This document shows, piece by piece, positions 1 to 12,147 of a stretch of 64,000 bases of DNA (the first letter of the stretch is position 1; every line of letters begins with the position of its first letter). Both the position numbers and the translations under genes were made by a program. Under the pieces are notes generated by a model. The model searched no databases, was not told where the DNA came from, and saw only the letters and a program-made list of their open reading frames with translations. This DNA is from the human T2T-CHM13v2.0 reference genome, Homo sapiens. The stretch lies in the NCBI RefSeq assembly GCF_009914755.1, contig NC_060938.1; one strand, given 5' to 3'.

Positions 1-160
1 GAGCAGGGAGGGTGCTCGGGGCTCAGTCGTCGGGGAAGGGAAAAGTTGCCCAGCGCTGGTCAGCGTCCCCGGGATGGGGCCAGTTGTGTCCGTGCCGGCC
101 ACTGTTGAGGTCAGGATTCTGTCCTCCCAGAGCCTGGAGACACAGGCCCCATCCTTCCCA

Positions 161-1716
161 ATGGGGACACTTCAGGGAGCGGCTCTCAGGTCCCGAGAAA
201 GACCCTCCTGGCCACAGGAGACACACGGACATCGGGAACGGACGGAGGAAGGATGTGCAGTTGCAGCCTTTTCAGCAGACGCCCTGAGAACGGGAGGTCA
301 AGAGTTGGAGCAGACGGTCAGTTCTGGTGCGTGGAGCTTTCTCAGGCAGGTGTTAATGGGGCTGGGGTCAGCCTAGGGGCGTGACCTGAAGCCACTGGAA
401 GCCTTGCTGGGGTCTGGCTCTCTCTTGGTGCGGGGGGGTGGAGGGAGCCCTGACAATAGAGCACTGGGGGGCCTCCAGGAGACCATCCCTGCAGCAGCTG
501 GGCCATGCTCTGAGGACCAGGAGACCATCCCTGCAGCAGCCGGGCCATGCTCTGAGGACCAGGAGACCATCCCTGCAGCAGCCGGGCCATGCTCTGAGGA
601 TGTGGGACGAGGACCCCCACTGTCTCTGAGTGTAGGGTGGTGACTTCTTTGCACAGACTGGCCAGGGGTCCCCCAGGGGCACAGTACAGGTATCCCTGGG
701 CTGCAGGGCTGGGGGACATCAGAGCGGCTCTCTGGGCTTGGCAGCCACCTCAGGTGGGATCAGAAGGGGAGGCAGTGCCTGGTGCTTCCCCTCCAGGCCT
801 CTCTCCATGGTGTCCAGGGTAGTTTCTGGGGCTTTGGTGCCAATTCCTCAGGCCAGGGTCCTACCCTTCTTGGTGCCGTGATGCTTGGGGGCTCTGGAGG
901 AAGCCCCAGCTTTGGCCACTCCTGCACTGCCTGGGGCTCCAGTCCTGCTGCGCCTTGAGGGGAACCCAGGGCCCCAGCCTTGGCCCTGTAAGGTCAGATG
1001 GGGGCTGGGCTCCAGCATCCTGCCGCTTGGTTTAGTTCCTAAATGACAGGGAGGCAGACTCTGGCTGAGCTCAAGACCTGTCCCCAGGCTCTGCACCAGA
1101 GCAGGGTCCCCCAGCAGAGGCTGTGTGGAGCTGGGCAGGGTTCCCACTTTGTGGGGAGTTCCCTGGACCTGGAGACTCAACCCTCAGCCTCCTTGATGAT
1201 AAATGATGCGTCCTGTGACTGTCTTGGCCCAGACCATCAGATGGCCTCCTCACCTACCCCTCTTCAGACAGGGCCTCAGACCTAAGGCAGGAGCACCCCC
1301 TATGCCAGACCTCCTGGGTCACAGGATATGCACGGACATTGGGAAGGGATGGAGGATGGACGGAGGAAGGACGTGCAGTTGCAGCTCTTTCTGCAGATGC
1401 CCTGAGAGAGGAGGTAGGAGCACCCTTGCTGTGGTTTGAATGCTTCTCTCCTCCAAAACTCATGTTGAAATTTCATTGCCATTGTAACAGTATGAAGAGT
1501 GATTAGGTCATAAGGTCCCCACCTCATGGGTGGGATTGGTGCTGTTATAAAAGGGTGAGTTCGGCCCCCTCTTGCTCTCTTTCTTGCCTTCCGCCATGTG
1601 ATGACACAGCAAGAAGGTCCTCGCCAGATGCTCCTGGACTTGCTTTGGACTTTCCCTTGCTCTTGGACTTGCTCTGGCACCTGTGCTCTTGGACTTCACA
1701 GCCTCTAGAACTGTGA
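161..1716 (+). CDS. FAM30A: Putative 134-aa FAM30A ORF, exons 161-316, 1272-1413, 1610-1716 (coding status doubtful)
   Basis: GT donors at 317 and 1414 and AG acceptors ending at 1271 and 1609 join MGTLQGAALRSRERPSW...QELEQT / GLRPKAGAPPMPD...CPERG / ARRSSPDAPGL...SQPLEL*. TGA is at 1714-1716 and AATAAA at 1719-1724. Confidence 0.55.
475..600. repeat. 42-bp tandem repeat x3
   Basis: CCAGGAGACCATCCCTGCAGCAGCYGGGCCATGCTCTGAGGA starts at 475, 517 and 559. Confidence 0.95.
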
Positions 1717-1791
1717 GAAATAAATTTCCGTTCAGTATAAATTTCCCAGTCTTGGGTATTCTATTCTAACAGCACAAAACAGTCTAAGACA
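1429..1791 (+). mobile_element. MaLR solo LTR (MST family)
   Basis: TGTGGTTTGAATG...CAAAACTCATGTTGAAAT start, GCAAGAAGGTCCTCGCCAGATG core, AGAACTGTGAGAAATAAAT and CTAAGACA end. Confidence 0.8.
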
Positions 1792-2096
1792 ACCCCATAT
1801 TCAGACCTAAGGTGAGATAACCCCAACCAATATCTAAGGATCCCCTGCTCCAGACCTTGGTGGTGAGGTCAATACAGGACTCCCTCTGAGGGAAGCCCTG
1901 ACAGCGATGCCTGGGAAGGCATCTCTAGGGCCCAGTGGGCCAGGGGAGGCCCAGGACACACCTGCATCATCTCTCATAATCCCTCCATTCTGTTATAACA
2001 GGAGCATATGCTTATAGCATACTTTAAAAATTAGCCCAAAACTGAAGGTAAGCATCGATTAATTGATGGACTCCTTTTCACAGTTTGGTCTTTGTA

Positions 2097-2375
2097 TTTA
2101 CACCAGTCATCTCACAATGCGTGTTGAGCTTTGCACCCTTTTACCAAATGAGGTCACCCCATGAATGCTGTCATGTTATCACAGATATGCGGTAAGTATA
2201 ATTGGGAATGTTTGCAGAATAATCCCACTAATTTTACACCACAGTCATCTCACAATGCGTGTTGAGCTTTGCACCCTTTTACCAAATGAGGTCACCCCAT
2301 GAATGCTGGCTGTCACGTTATCACAGATATGTGACAAGTATAATTGGGAATGTTTGCAGAATAGTCCCACTAATG
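2097..2375. repeat. ~140-bp direct tandem duplication x2
   Basis: CAGTCATCTCACAATGCGTGTTGAGCTTTGCACCCTTTTACCAAATGAGGTCACCCCATGAATGCTG...CCCACTAAT occurs twice back to back. Confidence 0.9.
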
Positions 2376-5300
2376 TATGCACCATAATTTCTTCAGGCAC
2401 TATCTTGCTTTCAACTATTTTATAATTATAAATAATGTTCTGAAGAATGTCTGTTCACAAAGTGTTTTCCTTATGTGTGCTAGCCATTTGTTTTCTTTTA
2501 GAAATTGTGTTATATCCTTTTTGCCGATTTCTTAAGGGATTTGTTCTTTTTCTTATTAGCTTATGTATGTTGTTTGCATAATAATGGTACAAGACCTTTA
2601 CATATTAGATTAATATTATTTGAGTTTATTATTTACTCTTGTTTTGATGATTTTTAAATGTAAAGAATCTGTAAAGGTGTTACCTAGCTTCATGATTTGG
2701 GTTTGCAGTGAAGCCTGCCCAACTTTGGGCAGCTGTCTGGGCCTGTGTTTCCAGAGCTTGAAGGAGTCTCTGCTTCCCTCTGGAGGGCTGGTGTGATATC
2801 AGTGTTCTCTGTCCAGGCCTGGGTGCCCTCCTGGGTCTGGGCTTGGGCTGGGCTCTTAGATGTCTCAGAGAAATTGAGACTCTATTAATCATCTGAGTCT
2901 TTCCATTTCTGGTGAGATGATCATGGGTCATCATTGGCCTGAGTGGTGGGATGAGCTATAAATAGTTCTAAATTCCTGGTGTAAGTCCTTGTTCAACGAG
3001 ATGGACAGAATTTGGCCTTCTAGGATGTCATTTATAACATTTGGCTCTTTGCCAAAATGCAAGTTAGCCCATGTTTTACTCTGGGGACTGTGAATTGTGA
3101 TCCCTTTAATAGACTTTCCCATGTTCCTCCAAATCCTGGAGCAGTTCTTATGGGAACTGATTAGTTTTGTGAAAGTCTAAACTTCACCCATAAAGCCATC
3201 TTGGCCTGAAGTCATCTGTGAGGGCAATTATTTAATAATCTTAATGCTTTCTTGAGGATTACTGTTCCAATTATGATTTCCATTTCTCCTTGAGTCAGCT
3301 TTAAGTTTTATTGCTAGAAAAGAAAAATGCCAACTTGCCGTCATCTCTGCTGTCACTATTTTGTGTTCAACAATTGCCTTCTCTATCTGCTGTATCTTTT
3401 TCAGCACAGAAGCTGTAATGTTATTAAACAAAGCAATGTATCCAGATCACTCAGAATCTATGCCTGTCACGGGGAGCAGGAGAAGAGGGTGAATGAAGAG
3501 CCACAGCATGGCAGGGGAGCCACTGCAAGGATGCTGAAACTCGTGTGAACAGAGTTGCTGTAGGCAGGCTGCTATGGAACCTTTTGGGGAAGCACTGCCT
3601 CTTAGGGATGGCAGTGAAAATGGGAGAAGAGGGTGGCATTGCCTCCAGATGGAAGATGTAGTGCTTTGCCTTGCTCCTTGGTGCTTGGAGAGGGAAAGGG
3701 ATGCTGCTGTAAAGTTCCTGGCTGGACTTTGGCTTGATAAAGCACGGGCACCTTTGGGAGTATGAGGGTGGGTGGGTGTGCACATCTTCCATGAGGAGCT
3801 GTTAGTATTGGGGCAGACGTTTCAAGTATGGCAGACAAAGGATGTTCTGCGTGGGGAAATGTGGTGACACCCATTTCACAAGGACAGCTCACATAGATTG
3901 AGTGCTCAGGAAGGACCAGCACCATACCCAGTGCCTGATGTGTATCATCTCAATTAGTCCTTGCCTCAGATGCAAAAGGAAACCATCGCCATCATCATCA
4001 CCACCATCATCATCTTCCTCCTGTGCAGATGGAAAGGCTGAGGCATAGAGAGGTGACGGAGTCTGCCCAGGACTGCAAGCCTGCTGGTGGCAGAGCCAGG
4101 TTCCAATGGAATGAAGGCTGTCATCCTCAGATGGCAGGGTAGGCAGGTGGCTAGAGCTCACTTGGGAGAAGGGGAAAGGACACTGACTTTGGCTAGGGAT
4201 GGAGCAGAGCTTGGGCTGGCTTTCCATGCACGGGCAGGGGGCGTGGCTCATGACTACGCTCCAGCCCCGGGTGTGGACATTGAATCTTCCAGGTCTACCC
4301 TAGGCTATGGGTCTGGACAGCACTGTGATGGAAAGAAGACACTCTATGTCCTGCATTCTGTGACCAATGATGTGACTGTGGGAATGGCGCTGGCATCTGG
4401 CTGCCACTCTGGGACGGGTGGCCAGCTGCCATCAGGCCCCACCCAGGATGGGACCACCATGCGACTTCTTCCCTCGCTCCTCCTGGTCATGTCCAGAGCC
4501 CCAGGAGGACCAGCAAAGCCTCTCGAGCCGATGGCAGCTCACGTTCTGCCTTGTCAGCTACTCCTCTCCTGGGCAATATTGGCTGCTTGCTGTGGCTCTC
4601 CCCGGGGTATGTGACTGCCTCTGTGCTGGGCACCTGGCCTGGGCTTTCCTTCTGGGCCTGGGCAGCTGGGCTCAGCTTGGACCCAGGCAGCAGCCACAGA
4701 GGGGCCCATGGAGGTGACAGAGTTGCTTCTATGATGGTGAACGGGCAGCTGTGACACGGAGGAGGCGACCACTCCTCAGTTTCCAAGTGCTGCGGTCAGG
4801 GCCGGGGCCAGCAAAGTCCCTCCCATATTCAAAGAGCGGGTTTGGGTTTGTCCCAGGAGGACATAGTCAGGAGCCCATGCTGGGACATGCCTCCTCCAAA
4901 GTTCAGCCTGGATCCCCAGCCTCTGCCAACGGCCCCGCTCCTTAGCTAACCCAGCTTGCTCCTGGGTTCCACGGCGGAGTCAGATGTTTCTGGGCAGTTT
5001 CACCTTTGTGCCTTAAATGCATGTTGAGGACTTTAAGGAATTGTGGAGAAATAGGGCTGTGGCAAAGGCAAGTGACAACTGGGAACAATGATCCCGCAGA
5101 GGCTGCTGAGGCCTGGGCCCCAGGGGCGTGGGTTCATCCTTCTGCCTGGGCTTTGGTGGGAGGGGCAGACTCTGTGGTCTGAGACACAAAAAAACCCGAA
5201 ACATATGTGTGTACAGACACACAGCAGAGCCACACACACACTTGTGCCCATGCACACACTCACAGGAGGCCCGTGGACTCCGCACAGGGAAGAAACTCCT

Positions 5301-6539
5301 CCGGTCGACAGTGGACGGCGCTGCAGCAGGGACTCACCCCCAAGCCCTGCCTGCCTCCCATTGCCCACCTGGCCCTGGCTTGATGGGCTTATCTCATGCT
5401 GTGGCCGGGGACCTCTTGCTTCCTGCAACCCCTTGCTGGACTGGGGCCTGGGCCTCTCCTGGGCTGTGCCTAGGGTTTGTAACCCAGGGCCTGTGCCGGC
5501 GTGCACAGAGCATCTCTCCCTGGGAGGCTCAGGGCTGCCTCCTCGAGCTCTGTGGGCCTGCACTGGCCGGTGAGCTTGTGGTGTGGGTTTTCAGGCTGTA
5601 TCCTTCTACCTCCTGAGCCCAGGGGTCCCAGGCGCCCTGCAGCTGTCTCCTCGGCCATCCTGTGGGGCCCCGAGGCCTTGCCCTCACTTCAGTGCCTGGG
5701 TGCTCAGGCTTTGCCCAGGTGCCAGGAGAAGGTGTGAGCATGAGCCTATTGGACACACCTGGCGACGTATACCAGGTGTCCCACCCCTGCCACCATGGGG
5801 CCTCCCGATACGGCAACCACCACGGACCTGTGGGGACCAATGAGGAAAGAGAGAGGCAGGTCTGGGCCAGGCTCACAGGGACTCCGGCATAGCAGACCCT
5901 GCCCCAGCAGGCCCCCTTGTCCTTCCTGGGTCCTGGTCCTTCATGAGGAACTAGCCCATCCCTGGTGGGGCTCCCACCCCGCTTCTCAGTGGGCTCTATG
6001 CTTGCCTCGTCGGAGTCACCCCTCAGGCAGTCCTGGGATCCTCTCCTTTAGACCCACTGTGCCTTCCCGGCCTCCCGGGCTTCTGCTGGGGGCAGAAGAA
6101 ATGCCTCCCCAGGTCTGTCTCTGGAGGCTCTGAGGGAGATGGGCTTGGGGGCTGTAGGAGGAGGCAGGGATTCCAGGGTGTCAGGAAGGCAGGGGTGCCA
6201 GGTCCCACCTAGTGAAGTAATAAACCGTGGGTGGTGATAGTGACCCAGTGCCCTCACTGCCCAGCCCCGCCTGTCCTCAGCCAGCACTGCAGGGATCCCA
6301 GGCCCAGACTCTGGAGGCCTTCACTGATCCCAGCCACCCCAGAAAAGCTGCAGCCTGCAGGCACCAGCCGGGCCATATGCCCAGTGCCAGCTAGGGCCCA
6401 CCGCCCATCCTGCACACGGGGCCGCTGGGCAGGTGCCCCTCACACCCCCAGGATGTCAGTGCTCACCTCGAGCAAAGCGCCCCAGCTCGGCCTTGGGAGG
6501 TGGTCGTGTCCAGGGGGATGATGGAGAGCTGTCCAACCA

Positions 6540-6568
6540 AGAGAGCGGGAGGGAGGGAAGGAGGGAGG

Positions 6569-6607
<39 letters not shown>
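6540..6607. repeat. (GA)n / GGGA microsatellite
   Basis: Direct reading. Confidence 0.9.
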
Positions 6608-6610
<3 letters not shown>

Positions 6611-6759
6611 GTGTGGGCCCTAAGGCTGCCTTAGTGGAGGTGCGCGTGGCCTGCACCTCACCAAGCCTAGCCACTCTCGCGGCTCTGAGTGGCTCACAGG
6701 CTTGTGAGGGCCCCGTCGCTGCCTGCTGGGTCCCCACCAGGGCTCCCTCTAGGAATGCG

Positions 6760-7190
6760 CCATGGCTGCTATGACAATTTGCACAGCCCAGTGGCTTAAA
6801 CACCATTTATACCACAGGTCCAGATGAATCCTGCAGGGCCAAGGTCTGGGGGTGCTGGAGGCCATGCTCCCTCCAGGCTTGCGGGGAGAACTTCCCTGCC
6901 TCCTCCAGTCTCTCCATCCCTGAGCTCTCGGCTCCTCCTCCGTCTTCAGGGCCAGGGCGTAGCGTCTGCTCTCTCGGCCTCTGCCTCCGCTTCCCACCTC
7001 ACCTGGCTTCTGTCTATGTCAGTCTCCCTCTGCCAACCTCCTAGAAGGACACTTGTGATTACATTAGGGCTCACCCCTTTAATCCAGGGGAGCCTCTCCA
7101 CTTCATGATTTTCAGCTAACTTGCTTCTGCACAGACCCCCTTTCCCTATAAGGGCACACATTCACTGGTCCCGGGGCTAAGGACCTTGCT
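6760..7190 (-). mobile_element. MLT1-family LTR, degraded
   Basis: GGCTGCTATGACAA...GTGGCTTAAACA and AAGGACACTTGTGATTACATTAGGGCTCACC are typical of antisense MLT1. Confidence 0.6.
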
Positions 7191-9204
7191 CCAAGTCCCT
7201 CCACCCATGATGCTGTGCCTTCCAGAAACCTGTCCTCTGCAGCTCGGTCTTGACCCCAAGCCTGCTGGTGACCTGAACTTCACAGGGTTATCCCCTTGGA
7301 CTGTGTGCAGCACGATGCAATTTCTGGGCCTGAATGTCATGCTCCCTGGGGCAGGACCTTGAGCCTGCAGCACACACTAGGCCACCTGCAGTCTCACAGG
7401 CCATGCCCTGGGTAGACAGGGAGGTGCTCAACCCCAGCTCGGGTCCTCTAGTCTGCCTGGCTACCATGCTTCTCACTCTCCTGCATCTGCAGACCCTGCG
7501 TTGCCATGTGAGGCAGGGGTGGGGTGGGGCTGAGGGCGTGGCTTTGGTCCCTGGCTGTCCGGATGAAGTACCAGAGTGACGCCACAGCCCATCCCGGTGA
7601 CATGCTCACCCCCAACCCCCGTGTCCGGGACCCCGGTCTTGTGTGGTCCCTGATGTGGAGTCCTCAGTCCTTAAGATACATCCAGAAAGTCCTGGCCATG
7701 AATTGGAGGTGCAGAGTCCTGCAGAGCCTCTGGGCTGGGCTGGTGCCCCCAGGAGATGGAGGGCCTGGTGGATGCCCTCCTCCCTCAGAGCTGGGGCAGC
7801 TGCCTCCCAGGGGTGGGACTCTGGGCTCAGAGAGAGGCCCTTGAGCTGCAGCTCAGGGGGATGCGAGGCTTCGTGGACTGTGTCCTGGTCCATGTGGTGC
7901 ACGTGTCTCCACCTCCAAGGAGAGGCTCCTCAGTGTGCACCTCCCCCACATCCGTCCTCTCTGCCGGCCCCGGGCGTCTGAGCAGTCATTCCATGCCAGC
8001 ACCTCTGCAGCCTGCTGGGCCTCAGGTTCTCTGTGAGGGACCTCCCCGGCCTTCGGCGGAGGTGGAGTAAGCTCCGTCAAGGCAGGTGGCTTCGTCCCTT
8101 CCTGTGAGTGACACCAGTGATGAAATGGACCCCTCCACACAGGCATCCTCAGGGCACAGGGCCCTGGGGGCACCTTCCTCCTTTCGTATTTGTTGAGAAA
8201 AAAAGTGGCATTGCGCTCACACCAGGATGCTGGAGCAGAGCTGACATGCTCGGGAAAGGGCAGAGGTCACTGGGGGTGGGAAGGTCATCCAGTCCAGACT
8301 CAGCACCTCGTGGGCTGGTAAACTGAGGCTCAAAGTGCTGGTGCCAGGCCTGAGGCCTCGCGGTGACCCCTCTCTCTGGTTCCCAGCACCTGCCTGAGAC
8401 CTGCCCCAGGCACCCATAACCTGGAATTCCCTGTTTCCTTGTCCAGGGCCTGAGGAAATGGCTCCCCAGGTCTGTCTCTGGATGCTCTGAGGCAGATGGG
8501 CTTGGGGGCTCTAGGAAGAGGCAGGGACTCCAGGGTGTCAGGAAGGCAGGGGTGCCGGGTCCCACCCAGTGGAGTAACAAACTGTGGGTGGCGTTTGGGC
8601 CTCCCCGCCTTCCCCACTGGGTGTGCTGGTGCTGGCGCTGCTGGGTCAGGGCTGCCCGTGACCCCAGACACCACTGTCCATCCTGTGAGGCTCCCGTCTG
8701 GGCATGTCCTGGGTGGATTCCTCCTTTCTGTTAAGTAGCTACATGAGGCAGGGGCTCCTGGATCCAAAGCAAATGACAGGAATTCCAGAGCCAGGTGCAT
8801 CCACTCAGGGCAGCCAGTGTTGGTGGAGCTGCCTCTAGCACATGGAGGAGAGTGAAAGTCAGCCTGCCCCTCTCACGAGAAAAGAACCTGGGGATACCTC
8901 TCAGCCTCCAGCGTTGCAAGTGCAAGGCCAGTGGAGTTAATCTGCAACGTGCACGAGGGCGTGTGTCAGTGGCTGTGTGCAGGAGTGTGAGTGAGCAAGA
9001 GCAAGAGCGCATGGCTCCTGCTGTACCTCAAGGTGTGGGCTCCTGGTGGCTGCTCAGTGTTCCCAGGGGTGAGAGGCCTCATGTATCCTAGGCTGCCTGA
9101 GATTTCTGTGTGCTGATCGCATCCTCAGTTTCTTGTCCACCGCTTCACTGGCAAGAGTCCCAGGCTCCAAGGACACCCTCCCTGCACATGATTGGGTGTT
9201 AATG

Positions 9205-9580
9205 GTGGCCTGGGTTGTGTCTTCCCCTGGGGATGAGGGTTGGGTGTCCATGGTGCCCTGGGCTGTGTCCTCCCCTAGGGATGAGGGTCGGGCCTCCACG
9301 ATGCCCTGGGCTGTGTGCTCTTATGGGAATGAGGGTTGGGTGTCCAAGATGCCCTGGGCTGTGTCCTTCCCTGGGGATGAGGGTTGGATGTCCAAGATGC
9401 CCTGGGCTGTGTACTCCCCTAGGAATGAGGGCTGGGTGTCCAAGATACCCTGGGCTGTGTCCTCCCCTGGGGATGAGGGTTGGGTGTCCATGGTGCCCTG
9501 GGCTGTGTCCTCCCCTGGGGATGACGGTTGGGTGTCCATGGTGCCCTGGGCTGTGTTTCCTTGGGGATGAGGGTTGGGTG
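9205..9580. repeat. 48-bp G-rich minisatellite, ~8 copies
   Basis: Unit CTGGGCTGTGTCCTCCCCTGGGGATGAGGGTTGGGTGTCCATGGTGCC; produces the repetitive ORFs in the track. Confidence 0.95.
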
Positions 9581-9879
9581 CTATGGCATCCTGGGCAGGT
9601 GCTTCCTTTCTGCACAAGGGTTGGGTGACCATGATGTCCTGGCAATGGCTTCCCTGGGTTGCCTCTTTTCTGCCATGTGGGAAGAGCAGGGGAGGTTTAG
9701 TTGGTCTCAGCACATCATTCTCTCAGGATAAGTAGAAGAGTGTCTGAGCTGTGAGGCCAGTGCTCCAGCTTTGGAATTGTCTTCCCCACCCTCACCTCCA
9801 TCCCATCAAAGCCCGACATGTCGTGTGGCAGCAGCGAGGTGGGTGTTGGCTGTTCTCTTGGGCTGGGGGTTAGTCGTGG

Positions 9880-10165
9880 ACGGGGAAAGGAGAGATGCTG
9901 GTCAAAGGGCATGAAGTTTCTGCTGATGGGAGGAGTCAGTTCTTTTGATCTGTTGCACAGCATGGTGACTATAGTTAACAATAATGACTATTTCAAAATT
10001 GCTAAAAGATGAGATTTTAAATGTTCTCACCACAAAATGATAAGTGTGTGAGGTGATGGATATGCCACTTACCTTGTTTTAATCATCCCACAATATAGAC
10101 AGGCATTGTCACTTTGCATTGTACCCCAGGAATCTTCACATTTGCTTTTTTGTCAATTAAAAATA
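9880..10165 (+). mobile_element. Old L1 (L1MA/MB-like) 3' end
   Basis: GATCTGTTGCACAGCATGGTGACTATAGTTAACAATAAT...AAATGTTCTCACCACAAAATGATAAGTGTGTGAGGTGATGG. Confidence 0.75.
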
Positions 10166-10320
10166 GAGACACAAAAGGAGAGAGGGGAGAGCAATAGACT
10201 CTTCACGGAACCGTGGGCTTCTGCCTCCGGGTAAAATAAACTGCAAAAAGGATTCCCAGGAAACCGTTCCCTCTTTCAGCCCTTGGTTACAGGAAGCCGG
10301 ATTTGGGAAATCTGCCTGGA

Positions 10321-10783
10321 TGACATTCACATGAACGGGCACATACAGGAAAACACGGTAATGTAATTAGAATAGTCAGAGAAAAGTAGCCAGAAATGAC
10401 ATTCACATGAACGGGCACATACAGGAGAAAACACGGTAACGTAATTAGAATAGTCAGAGAAAAGTAGCCAGAAATGACATTCACATGAACGGGCACATAT
10501 AGGAGAAACCATGGTAACGTAATTAGAATAGTCAGAGAAAAGTAGCCAGAAATGACATTCACATGAACGGGCACATACAGGAAAACACGGTAATGTAATT
10601 AGAATAGTCAGAGAAAAGTAGCCAGAAATGACATTCACATGAACGGGCACATACAGGAGAAAACACGGTAACGTAATTAGAATAGTCAGAGAAAAGTAGC
10701 CAGAAATGACATTCACATGAACGGGCACATACAGGAGAAAACACGGTAACGTAATTAGAATAGTCAGAGAAAAGTAGCCAGAA
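10321..10783. repeat. 76/78-bp minisatellite, 6 copies
   Basis: TGACATTCACATGAACGGGCACA... starts at 10321, 10397, 10475, 10553, 10629 and 10707. Confidence 0.95.
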
Positions 10784-11918
10784 GAATTTGCAACGTGCCC
10801 TTGTAACACCAAATTTGATCAGTTTTTTAAAAAATGATCGTTATGTAGGTGATTGAGAAGTAAATGTATTCTTTTTTAAGGTAAAAATTTGGACCCTTAT
10901 CATGCATACCCCCCTCTGTGCTCTTCAAATCAACATCATTATTAATATCTGTACATTTTTGCTCATCTGAGCCAGCACAGGCTGAGGCTGTCAGAATGGA
11001 CACCTTTTGGTTGTTGGGTTTCTGTCAGTTTCTGGGGTGAAGCTGCGTGATTGAGAACGTAGCTCTTGGCTGCCATCTCGGGGATTATTAAGGACTGTGA
11101 ACTCTATCCACAAGCCATGGCAATATCTGTCCCACCGAATGCTCCCTCTAACACACTCTTACTCCCGTGATGTGTGTTAAGGGCTCCGATGATGCTGAAA
11201 ACAGCACAGGATGTGAAAAGGCAGGAACAGTTCTGAAGTCAAAGGCTGATGTCCTGTTTCTCTTTCCCTCTGTGACCGACTCCCTTCCCAGTGGTAACAA
11301 GTACCCACAGCTTGGTTTGAATTTCTGCACGCTGTTGTCTGTGCACTCGCTCACACTTACGCACACAGCAGGCATGTGGGCGATGCTGGGTATTTTGTGT
11401 ATGAGTGGGATGCACATACACACATCTACATCCATATCATGCCCATGCATCTGTAACTTGCTTTTCCCGTGTAAGAACACTTCTTAGAGTTTGTTCAATG
11501 CATGTGTCTGTGTGAATGATTGAAGGCATTTCTAACCCATTTTAAAGATGGCTACTTAGGACCATATGGATGTTGTACTGATGTCATTTGACCACGTCCA
11601 TTGTTTCCATCTTTTGGGCTGTTCTTGTGTATTTTACTTTCCATGTAACACTGTGACATTGAGAATTGGTACCTACAACAGTCTATTTGCTTTACATTAA
11701 ATTTGTAGGCTAATTTGTGTACCTTCAGAGTGTGAAAGTTTTCTCCTGAGGAAAATGGGGTAATTCATGTTTATTCAGGTTTTCTTCTTGTCTTCCCATG
11801 TGCTTTCTAGTTTACTTTATAAATAATAATAATGTACTCTTACTATCTCTCAGTATACGGAAAGCACAAGTCAAAGAATATGGTGTGGGTTCTTTATTTA
11901 AATCTTCACAACACTAAT

Positions 11919-12147
11919 CAGTGGCAGAGTGTGGATCCTTGCCCCCCAGCACGGGACTAGCCAGTGGCAGAGTGTGGATACTTGTCCCCAGCATGGGACT
12001 AACCAGTGGCAGAGTGTGGATCCTCGCCCCCCAGCACGGGACTAGCCAGTGGCAGAGTGTGGATACTTGTCCCCAGCATGGGACTAACCAGTGGCAGAGT
12101 GTGGATCCTCGCCCCCCAGCACGGGACTAGCCAGTGGCAGAGTGTCG
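11919..12147. repeat. Alternating 43/42-bp tandem repeat (85-bp dimer)
   Basis: CAGTGGCAGAGTGTGGAT starts at 11919, 11962, 12004 and onward, with alternating A and B tails. Confidence 0.9.

Larger units (their letters stand above)
1..11710 (+). ncRNA. FAM30A: FAM30A (KIAA0125) lncRNA, antisense to the Ig genes; 5' end probably outside the window, 3' end approximate
   Basis: The spliced ORF at 161-1716 matches the recalled FAM30A putative protein. It lies on the D-proximal side of IGHV6-1, has two tandem-repeat arrays in its long 3' region, and has a candidate ATTAAA polyA signal at 11696-11701. Confidence 0.8.

Noticed and set aside
4080-4093. CCTGCTGGTGGCAG as an IGCR1-equivalent CTCF site (also TCTGCTGGGGGCAG near 6082)
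   Set aside because: Only moderate matches in GC-rich DNA; cannot be supported without a PWM scan and ChIP data.
4000-9700. Many overlapping 60-180 aa ORFs
   Set aside because: Expected in GC-rich or tandem-repeat DNA; many start at non-ATG codons and show no domain similarity.
10321-10783. Regularly spaced repeats as a CRISPR-like array (also 52875-54290)
   Set aside because: Units are contiguous with no unique spacers, there are no cas genes, and the DNA is human; these are minisatellites.
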